From an uncultured Rhodospirillaceae bacterium (GTDB taxonomy: Bacteria > Pseudomonadota > Alphaproteobacteria > UBA8366), in contig CAZPFL010000004.1 in assembly GCA_964585785.1 (NCBI GenBank), forward strand, positions 1-58,981: a stretch of 58,981 bases of DNA. Reading direction: 5' to 3'. Positions 44,785-52,441 of the stretch are shown in pieces (the first letter of the stretch is position 1; each line of letters opens with the position of its first letter). The position numbers were made by a program, and so were the translations under genes. The notes under the pieces were generated by a model, which was not told where the DNA came from, did no database searches, and saw only the letters and a program-made list of their open reading frames with translations.

Positions 44785-45786
44785 ATGAGAACTGTGGCAC
44801 TGTTCTCGCGCCTCGCATGTGCGGGCGCGATCGTCTTCGGGTGTGCGCTCGCGCCTTATACGGCGAGCGCGGAGGACCCGAAAATCCCGTGCTCTACCGC
44901 GCGGGTCATCGTCCCGTTCGCCGCGGGCGGCGAGTCCGATATCATCAGCCGCATCTTCACCGATATCGCCAACAAACATGGCGCGAAGCCGCAGTTGCAG
45001 GTGGTGAACGTGACCGGGCAGTCGGGCAACAAGGGCGCGAAAGACGTCCTCAACGCGGCGCCGGACGGCTGCACCATCTTCAACGCGCATCAGAGCGTGC
45101 TGAGCTCCTATCTCACCGGGCGGGTGAATTTCACCTGGGACGACTTCGCCCCGGTCGGGCAGATCACCGTCACCGCGTCGATCATCGGCGCCCATCCGTC
45201 GGTTCCTTATAACGACCTGAAGGGGCTGCAGGCCTACGCGAAGGCGAATCCGGGAAAGGTGCTCGCCGGCGCCAGCCTCGGCTCGACCAGCCATTTCAAC
45301 CTGGTCCGGCTGCAGAACGTGCTGGGCGTCAAGTTCAAATACGTGGCCTATGACGGCACGCGCGAGCGCATGACCGCCCTGCTCTCCAAGAACATCGACA
45401 TCGGCCAGATCTCGGAGACCGCCGCGGCGCAATATATGAAGAATAACGAGCTCAAGGTGCTGGGCCTGCTGTTCAAGGAGCCGAGCAAGAACGTGCCGGA
45501 GATGAAGACCGCGATCCAGCAGGGCTTCGATCTGTCGATCGGCACCAACCGCGGATTCCTCTTGCCCAAGAAGACGCCGAAGCCGGTCGTCGATTACTAC
45601 ATCAAGCTGGTCAAAGCGGTTGCCGAGGATCCGGCGTTCAAGCGCCAGATCGAGGAGAAGGGCAGCTTCGTCGTCTATCTCGGCGGCCAGGACTACGCGA
45701 ACTGGTGGAAGCAGGAATTCGAGGCCTGGAAGTCGGACGCGATCGCCGTCGGGCTCTACCGGCCCCAGAAGAAAAAGAAATCCTGA
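44785..45786 (+). CDS. tctC: Tripartite tricarboxylate transporter substrate-binding protein, TctC/Bug family (copy 2)
   Basis: 333 aa. Signal peptide, VPFAAGGESDI, GSTSHF, YDGTRERMTALL. GGGAAGGAAG precedes the ATG. Confidence 0.9.
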   Translation: MRTVALFSRLACAGAIVFGCALAPYTASAEDPKIPCSTARVIVPFAAGGESDIISRIFTDIANKHGAKPQLQVVNVTGQSGNKGAKDVLNAAPDGCTIFNAHQSVLSSYLTGRVNFTWDDFAPVGQITVTASIIGAHPSVPYNDLKGLQAYAKANPGKVLAGASLGSTSHFNLVRLQNVLGVKFKYVAYDGTRERMTALLSKNIDIGQISETAAAQYMKNNELKVLGLLFKEPSKNVPEMKTAIQQGFDLSIGTNRGFLLPKKTPKPVVDYYIKLVKAVAEDPAFKRQIEEKGSFVVYLGGQDYANWWKQEFEAWKSDAIAVGLYRPQKKKKS

Positions 45787-45884
45787 GATCGTTTGTCGCC
45801 GGATGCGACCGCCGCTCCTGATCGGGCGCGGCGGGCGCATTCCTGCGCCACATCAGCGACCGTGCATACCGGGAGGGTGCCTCG

Positions 45885-46367
45885 ATGATAAAGGTCAATC
45901 GCGAAATCGTCGCCGCGCTCCTGCTGCTTGTCTTCAGCGGGATCGTCTATTGGCAGACATATTACATTCCCGTGTTCGAGTCCGCGGCGATGAATGCCGA
46001 TCTCTGGCCGCGGGTCATTCTCATCCTGCTGGCCGTGCTCTGCGTTCTGCATCTCGTCCAGGCCATGCGCCGGCCATCGCCGCCGCCGCTGGTGAAAAGT
46101 GTCGGTGAGCTCGTCGACCGGCACTGGAACGCCTTCTGGTGCTTTTTCATGTTCGCGGTGTTTCTCCTGTTGCTGGATACGCTGGGCATGCTGCTGAGCG
46201 CCGGGCTGTTCGTCTTCCTGACGCTCACGTTGCTCGGCCACCGGACGCTGCGCGATCACGCTGTCCACTTTCTCATCGCGCTCGTCTCGGTCGGTCTGAT
46301 CTGGGCGGTCTTCACCCACGGCCTGAACGTGTTCCTGCCGCAAGGAACGATTTTTAAGAACCTTTAG
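45885..46367 (+). CDS. tctB: Tripartite tricarboxylate transporter small subunit, TctB family (copy 2)
   Basis: 160 aa with four TM segments. GGGAGGG precedes the ATG. Confidence 0.8.
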   Translation: MIKVNREIVAALLLLVFSGIVYWQTYYIPVFESAAMNADLWPRVILILLAVLCVLHLVQAMRRPSPPPLVKSVGELVDRHWNAFWCFFMFAVFLLLLDTLGMLLSAGLFVFLTLTLLGHRTLRDHAVHFLIALVSVGLIWAVFTHGLNVFLPQGTIFKNL

Positions 46368-46402
46368 GCGGCAACGGGCAACGGCTTCCGGAATGAAAAA
46401 TC

Positions 46403-48094
46403 ATGGAAATCTTCTTAGGTAACCTGCTCGCGGCGTTCCTCGCCGTGTTCGCGGTCAAGAATCTTATCCTGCTGGCGATCGGGACGCTTGCCGGCATCGT
46501 CGCCGGGGCGATCCCCGGCTTCACGATCACCATGGCGGTGGTCCTCGTGCTGCCCTTCACCTTCGGCATGTCGCCGACGGAAGGGCTGTCGTGCATGATC
46601 GGCGTCTTCGTCGGTGGCTTGTCCGGCGGTCTCATCTCGGCGCAGCTGATCGGCGTGCCGGGCACGCCGTCGGCGGTGGCGACGACCTTCGACGGCCTCC
46701 CCATGGTGCGTCAGGGCAAGCCTGGCTTGGCGCTTGGCTTGGGCATCTGGTCATCCTTCTTCGGCGGCCTGCTGAGCGCGGCGGCGCTGGTCACGATCGC
46801 GCCGGCGCTCGCGCGCATCGGCCTCGAATTCGGCCCGTGGGACTATTTCTCGCTGATCATTTTCGCGCTAACGATCACCGCCAGCCTCGCCGGCGAGCAC
46901 ATGGTCAAGGGCCTGATCGCCGCCGCGGTGGGCCTTCTCGCGGCGACCATCGGCGAGGAGGAGATCAACGGCGTCTCCCGGCTCACCTTCGGCATCGAAT
47001 CCCTCGAGCAGGGCTTTGCCTACCTGCCGGTCCTGATCGGGCTTTTCGCCTTCAGCCAGCTCATGACCGACATTCAGGACCGCGAGGCGGCGCGCCGGCC
47101 GATGATGGACAAGACGGCGTCCGCCGTGAAGATCCAGCATGGCGAGGCGATCCGCCTGATCTTCAAGGACTGGGTCAACCTGTTGCGATCCTCGGCGATC
47201 GGCATCTTCGTCGGCGTCCTGCCGGCGGCGGGCGGCTCGATCTCGAACATCCTCGCCTATGACCAGGCGAAGAAAGCGTCGAAAACGCCCGAGAAGTTCG
47301 GGACCGGCTATCCGCCCGGCATCATCGCGCCGGAGTCCGCCAACAACGCGACCGCCGGCGGCGCGCTCGCCATCATGATGGCGCTCGGCATTCCCGGCGA
47401 CGCAGTGGCCGCGGTGATGCTGGGTGCGCTGCTCGTGCATAACATCGTGCCGAGCCCGTCCTTCATCAGCGACAAGCCGGTGCTGGCCTATTCCGTCTTC
47501 ATCGCCTTCTTCTTCGCGCATTTCGTGATGATCGCGATGCAGGCGCTCGGCCTGCGCATCTTCATTCTGATGACGCGCATGCGGATGTATGTGCTGGCGG
47601 CGGTAATTCTGTCCTACTGCGCCATCGGCGTGTTCGCGCTGCACAACGTGACCTTCGACATCTGGACGATGTTCTGGTTCGGCGTGCTGGGCTACCTGAT
47701 GAAGACCTTCGGCTATCCGCTGGTGCCGATGATCCTGGGCGTCGTCCTCGGCAATATCGCCGAGATCAACCTGAACCGGGCCTTTACGACCAGCCCGGAC
47801 TTCTTGCTGTTCTTCACCCGCCCATGGTCGCTCTTCTTCCTGATCATCGCCGTGTTCTCGGCGGCGTTTCCCTTCTATCAGGCGGCGAGCGAGAGCAAGC
47901 GGTGGACGCTGCTGTTCACGCCGTTGCTGGCGATCATCAGCGCCATTCCGCTGTTCATGATGGAAGGCTGGGTCCGGCCGGTGGTGGGCGCCGCGCTCGT
48001 GCTGCTGGGCGCCTACATGATCGTGCAGCGCGCGCGCGCCGGCTGGCAGGTGGGCGAGTCGATCACGTCGAAGTTCAAATTCGAGGACGGCTGA
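46403..48094 (+). CDS. tctA: Tripartite tricarboxylate transporter large permease, TctA family (copy 2)
   Basis: 563 aa, the same length as copy 1 and alignable end to end (GAIPGFTITMAVVLVLPFTFGM, GVPGTPSAVATTFDG, LPAAGGSISNILAYDQAKK). Confidence 0.9.
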   Translation: MEIFLGNLLAAFLAVFAVKNLILLAIGTLAGIVAGAIPGFTITMAVVLVLPFTFGMSPTEGLSCMIGVFVGGLSGGLISAQLIGVPGTPSAVATTFDGLPMVRQGKPGLALGLGIWSSFFGGLLSAAALVTIAPALARIGLEFGPWDYFSLIIFALTITASLAGEHMVKGLIAAAVGLLAATIGEEEINGVSRLTFGIESLEQGFAYLPVLIGLFAFSQLMTDIQDREAARRPMMDKTASAVKIQHGEAIRLIFKDWVNLLRSSAIGIFVGVLPAAGGSISNILAYDQAKKASKTPEKFGTGYPPGIIAPESANNATAGGALAIMMALGIPGDAVAAVMLGALLVHNIVPSPSFISDKPVLAYSVFIAFFFAHFVMIAMQALGLRIFILMTRMRMYVLAAVILSYCAIGVFALHNVTFDIWTMFWFGVLGYLMKTFGYPLVPMILGVVLGNIAEINLNRAFTTSPDFLLFFTRPWSLFFLIIAVFSAAFPFYQAASESKRWTLLFTPLLAIISAIPLFMMEGWVRPVVGAALVLLGAYMIVQRARAGWQVGESITSKFKFEDG

Positions 48095-48113
48095 GCGCCG
48101 CCCAATTTTCGGA

Positions 48114-48152
48114 GCCGGGCGCGCGCCTCGGAGTCAACGGCGCGCGCCCGGC
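48114..48152. terminator. 14-bp all-G/C stem-loop between convergent tctA (copy 2) and the enoyl-CoA hydratase gene (candidate bidirectional terminator)
   Basis: GCCGGGCGCGCGCC (48114-48127), an 11-nt loop, GGCGCGCGCCCGGC (48139-48152). Only weak T-tracts flank it (TTTT upstream, CTTTC downstream). Confidence 0.45.
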
Positions 48153-48161
48153 CGCCTTTCC

Positions 48162-48971
48162 CTAGACCGGTGATTCCGGGTCGAACACCGGCTTCCGCTT
48201 CTCGAGATGGGACTTGAGCCCCTCGCGCACCTCCGGTCCCGCGAAGCCAAGCATCTCCAGTGCGGTGGACGCGTCGAAGGCCGGGCCCATCATCCGATAC
48301 CAGTTGTTGAGCGCGTATTTCGTCCAGCGGATGGCGCTTGGCGCGCCCGCGGCGAGCCGCTTGGCCACCTCGATCGCCTTGTCCTGCAGCTCCTCGTCCG
48401 GGACGCAGAGCGAGACCAGCCCGTACTTCTCCGCGGTCTCGCCATCGACCGGCTCGCACAGCATGAGCAGGTATTTCGCCTTCGCCATGCCGCACAAGAG
48501 CGGCCAGTTGATCACCGCGCAGTCGCCGGCCGCGACGCCGAGCCGTGTGTGACCGTCGACGATCTTCGCCGCCTTGCCGGCGATTGAGATGTCGGCGAGC
48601 AGCGCCGCCACCAGTCCTGCGCCGACGGCGACGCCGTTGATCGCCGAGATGATCGGTTTGTTGCAGTTGATGATGTTGTAAACGAGGTCGCGCGCTTCCT
48701 TCCACGCCTGCATGCGCGCCATCTCGTTGTTCATGTTCTGCTCGATCATGCCGAAGTCGCCGCCGGACGAGAACGCCTTGCCCTTGCCTGTCAGGATGAC
48801 GGCGCTGATGTCCGGGTCGTCGTCGATGTCGCGCCAGACATAGGTGAACTGATTGTGGCCCTCGGCGTCGAGCGAGTTGTAGGTCTTCGGATTGTTCAGC
48901 GTGATGCGCAGCACCCGGTCGGCAGGCCGGTCGAATTCGAACTTAGTGTATTTGCTGTAGCGGTCGGTCAT
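48162..48971 (-). CDS. Enoyl-CoA hydratase/isomerase (crotonase) family protein
   Basis: 269-aa product from [28 protein letters not shown]. Crotonase blocks [15 protein letters not shown] and [18 protein letters not shown]. Confidence 0.85.
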   Translation of the reverse strand: MTDRYSKYTKFEFDRPADRVLRITLNNPKTYNSLDAEGHNQFTYVWRDIDDDPDISAVILTGKGKAFSSGGDFGMIEQNMNNEMARMQAWKEARDLVYNIINCNKPIISAINGVAVGAGLVAALLADISIAGKAAKIVDGHTRLGVAAGDCAVINWPLLCGMAKAKYLLMLCEPVDGETAEKYGLVSLCVPDEELQDKAIEVAKRLAAGAPSAIRWTKYALNNWYRMMGPAFDASTALEMLGFAGPEVREGLKSHLEKRKPVFDPESPV

Positions 48972-49041
48972 GGTGCACTCCGGTTGATAAGGGCTGCGGA
49001 CACTGGGCCGACTTCGGCCCAGCGAGGTCCTGTTATGGTCG

Positions 49042-50235
49042 TCAGGTATCGGCGGTGGCGGCGGCGCCCGATGCGTCGGCGATGTCGGCCGTATCGTAGC
49101 CGAGCTCGGCGAGGACTGCCTGCGTATGCTCACCCAGCGCCGGCGGCGGCCGGCGGATGCTGCCGGGCGACTTGGTGAACTCGACGGGAATGGCTGTCAT
49201 CACCGCCGGGCCGGCGACCGGATGGTCGTAGCTTTGGAAGAACCCCGTTTCGACGAGGTAAGGATCCTTCGCGAGCTCGGACAGCTTGTTGACCGGGCCG
49301 TTCGGAATGCCGGCCGCGGTCAGCCGTTCGAACCATTCGGCGCTCGGACGCCGGCGGAATTCTTCCGCCACGGTCGAATAGAGCGCAGTGATGTTCTCGG
49401 CCCGAAGCGTCAGCGTGCGGAAGCGCGGATCGTCCATTAGTTCCGGCCGCTCCATCGCGTCGAACATGCGCCGCCATTGGTCGTTGGTGACGGCGAGCAG
49501 GCAGACATAGCCGTCCTTGGTCGCGAAGGGACGGCGATGCGGCGAGAACATGCGCGCATAACCCGGCTCGCCCGTGGATGAATCAAGGAAGTCGGTCCAC
49601 AGATGCTCCATCAGATTGAAGGACAACATGGTGTCGAGCATCGGCACATGCACTTCCTGTCCCTCGCCGGTGCGCTCGCGGCTGAACAGCGCCATGCCGA
49701 TCGAGGACGCCAGGGTATGGCCGCAGAACTTGTCGGCGATCGCCATCGGCACGTAGCGCGGCTCGCCGTTCGCGCGGTCGATCATGGCGACGATGCCGCT
49801 CTCGCCCTGGATCACGTCGTCGAAGGCGGGGTAATCGCGCTTGCTGCTGCCGGGCCGGTAGCCGGGCGCGAAGGCGTAGACGATGCGCGGATTGCGCGCC
49901 GAGACAGCTTCGTAGGAAATGCCCAACTTCGCAGCCGTGCCCGGCCTGAGGCTGTGCACGAAGACGTCGGCCGTCTCGATCAGCCGCATCAGCGCTTCCA
50001 GCCCGGCGGGCCGCTTGAGGTCCAAGGTGACACTGCGTTTGTTGCGGTTCGTGCTCATGAACATCGCGCCCATGCCCGGATGGTTCATCGGCACCATCTG
50101 GCGCATCGGGTCGCCGTCCGGCGTCTCGACCTTGATCACGTCGGCGCCCATGTCGCCCAGTATCTGGGTGGACACCGGGCCCAGCACGTTGATCGTGATG
50201 TCGATGACGCGGATGCCGGTAAGCGGGCCGCTCAT
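49042..50235 (-). CDS. Family III CoA-transferase (CaiB/BaiF/Frc-like)
   Basis: 397 aa. The N-terminal [33 protein letters not shown] and the catalytic Asp region ([13 protein letters not shown]) are typical of the family. GGGAGGAA precedes the ATG. Confidence 0.9.
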   Translation of the reverse strand: MSGPLTGIRVIDITINVLGPVSTQILGDMGADVIKVETPDGDPMRQMVPMNHPGMGAMFMSTNRNKRSVTLDLKRPAGLEALMRLIETADVFVHSLRPGTAAKLGISYEAVSARNPRIVYAFAPGYRPGSSKRDYPAFDDVIQGESGIVAMIDRANGEPRYVPMAIADKFCGHTLASSIGMALFSRERTGEGQEVHVPMLDTMLSFNLMEHLWTDFLDSSTGEPGYARMFSPHRRPFATKDGYVCLLAVTNDQWRRMFDAMERPELMDDPRFRTLTLRAENITALYSTVAEEFRRRPSAEWFERLTAAGIPNGPVNKLSELAKDPYLVETGFFQSYDHPVAGPAVMTAIPVEFTKSPGSIRRPPPALGEHTQAVLAELGYDTADIADASGAAATADT

Positions 50236-50265
50236 GCGCTCGTTCCTCCCGTCGCCGCCATGCCA

Positions 50266-50739
50266 CTATGCTCCCGCCTTGGCGTCGCGGCATTTGATCA
50301 TGCGCAGCGGCGTGTAGGTGATCGCGACCGTGCCGTCCTGTTTGACGATGCGGTTGCGGGTGCGGACCAGGCCGCGGTTGGGCCGGCTGTTGCTACGCCG
50401 CGCTTCGATCACCTCGCATTCCACGTGGATCGTGTCGCCGGAGAACACCGGTCCCTCGATCTTGAAGTCCATTCCCAGGAAGGCGAAACCCGTATTTTGC
50501 ATGGTCGCCTGAACCAGCAGCCCTTCCGCGAAAGCGTAGACCAGCGCGCCGGGCGCGACCCGGCCCTTGATGTCGGACTCGTGCGAGAGGAAGTCGAGAT
50601 TGGTGAACAGCACCTCGACCATGCCCGTGCAGTTGATGAAGTTGGTGATGTCCGCGTCCGTGACGGTACGGCCGATGGTCTTGAACTGTCTTCCGACCGG
50701 AAGGTCCTCGAAGTAGAAGCCGAGTCCGACGGTTTCCAT
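50266..50739 (-). CDS. MaoC-like (R)-specific enoyl-CoA hydratase/dehydratase (hot-dog fold)
   Basis: 157 aa. TVTDADITNFINCTGM and the hot-dog pattern. AGGGAG precedes the ATG. Confidence 0.8.
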   Translation of the reverse strand: METVGLGFYFEDLPVGRQFKTIGRTVTDADITNFINCTGMVEVLFTNLDFLSHESDIKGRVAPGALVYAFAEGLLVQATMQNTGFAFLGMDFKIEGPVFSGDTIHVECEVIEARRSNSRPNRGLVRTRNRIVKQDGTVAITYTPLRMIKCRDAKAGA

Positions 50740-50822
50740 TGCTGCTCCCTTTGATTGTCTCCAGGCGATCCTGGTGTCCGGTTCTTATATGTTTTTTCCG
50801 CGCAGCGCCAAACGGCGGCCGC

Positions 50823-51980
50823 TCAGCGCCGAGCCGACCGTCCCAGCACCGCATTGGCGATGATGTTGCGCTGGATCTGGTTGGTTCCCTCGACGATCTG
50901 CAGCACCTTGGCGTCGCGGAAATAGCGGTTGATCGGATAGTCGGCCGAGATGCCCGAGGCGCCGAAAAGCTGCACCGCGTCCGTCGCCACCTTCATCGCG
51001 GTGTCGCTGGCGAAGCATTTCGCCATGGCGACGATGGGCGCCAGCTCGGTGCCGGTCACGCCGGCGTCGACCATCGCGGCCGCGCGGTAGACCAGGTTGC
51101 GCGCCGCCTCGGTCTGCATCGCCATGTCGGCGATCATCCAGCGGGCGCCCTGGAAGTCGGCGACGGTCTGTCCGAACAGGTGGCGGTTCTTGATGAACTC
51201 GACGGCGTGATCGGTGGCGCCCTGCGCCAACCCGACGCCGCGCGCGCCGATCAGCGGCCGCGATTGGTTGAACGCTTCCATGACGATCTTGAAGCCAGCG
51301 CCTTCCGCGCCGAGCCGGTTGGCATCGGGCACGAACACCTCGTCGAGAAACAGCGGGCAGGACGGCACGCCCCGCGCGCCCATCTTTTCTTCCTTGCGGC
51401 CGATTTCGAGCCCCTTTGCGCCGCGCTCCACGATGAACAGGTTGATAGCGCGCGCCGAGCGCTCCTCGCTGGTCCGCGCGCCGACCAGGATGATGTCGGA
51501 GACGGGTGAATTCGTGCACCAGATCTTGGCGCCGTTGAGCCGGTATCCGCCGTCGACCTTGGTCGCGCGGGTGCGTATCCCGGCGACATCCGACCCGCTC
51601 TGCGGCTCGGTCGTGGAAATCGCGGCGCGCAACGCGCCGCTGGCCAGGCCCGGCAGATACCGCTTTTTCTGGTCATCGGTGCCGCCGGCGAGGATCGCGC
51701 CAAAGGGCGTCCACTGCACCAGGAGAAGATAGGCCGTGTTGTAGCAGACGCGGCCGAGCTCCTCGATCGCGATGCATGCCGACAGCATGCTGCCGGTGCC
51801 GCCGTATTCCGGCGGGAAGGGTAGCGTGAACAGGCCGAGCTCGCGTAACAGGTCGTACATGTCCTGGGGGTATTCGGCCGTCCGGTCGATCGCGTCGGCG
51901 CGCGGCGCGACCCGCTCTCTTGCGACCCGGCGCACCAGTTCCTGCACTTGGCGCTGATCGTCGTTCAAAACATAGGCCAC
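50823..51980 (-). CDS. Acyl-CoA dehydrogenase family protein
   Basis: 385-aa product from GTG 51980 (GAGGAAGG upstream): VAYVLNDDQRQVQELVRRVARERVAP. ACAD blocks (EPQSGSDVAGIRTRA, the catalytic Glu context QIVEGTNQIQRNIIA). Confidence 0.9.
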   Translation of the reverse strand: MAYVLNDDQRQVQELVRRVARERVAPRADAIDRTAEYPQDMYDLLRELGLFTLPFPPEYGGTGSMLSACIAIEELGRVCYNTAYLLLVQWTPFGAILAGGTDDQKKRYLPGLASGALRAAISTTEPQSGSDVAGIRTRATKVDGGYRLNGAKIWCTNSPVSDIILVGARTSEERSARAINLFIVERGAKGLEIGRKEEKMGARGVPSCPLFLDEVFVPDANRLGAEGAGFKIVMEAFNQSRPLIGARGVGLAQGATDHAVEFIKNRHLFGQTVADFQGARWMIADMAMQTEAARNLVYRAAAMVDAGVTGTELAPIVAMAKCFASDTAMKVATDAVQLFGASGISADYPINRYFRDAKVLQIVEGTNQIQRNIIANAVLGRSARR

Positions 51981-52441
51981 GGAGTTCCTTCCTCGGTTGG
52001 GCGCTGCCGGGCTCGGGATCGCGTCTTTCGGCGATCTGGCCGATTGTGGGAAAGGGGGACCGGCCGTGTCAACGCGAGGGGAATAGCGTGGCCGCCAAGG
52101 GCGGGACGTCGCGCCCAAGAAGCCGAAAGGGCGGATTTGACATAAATTCTTTGGATTTCTCTTCGTAAGGTGTTGTTGAATAATGGTTTATTCTAATCAG
52201 CGTCCTTCAGCGGCGGCACCGAATGCAGATCAGGCGGCGACCGTCCCGCATCCTATAAATCCGCGCTGGATCAGCGTCCTCGTGACCGTTTGAAGACTTC
52301 CTTAACCGTTTCTTGACACTATCGGCAGCGATAGAGGCCCCGGATCCGCCGGCGCTTGGCGTTCGAGGGATTCGGCGGGAAATGCCGGCGGCGTCATGCG
52401 CCCGACCGCATCCACTTTGCGAAGGACGAGTAAGTCAGTCG

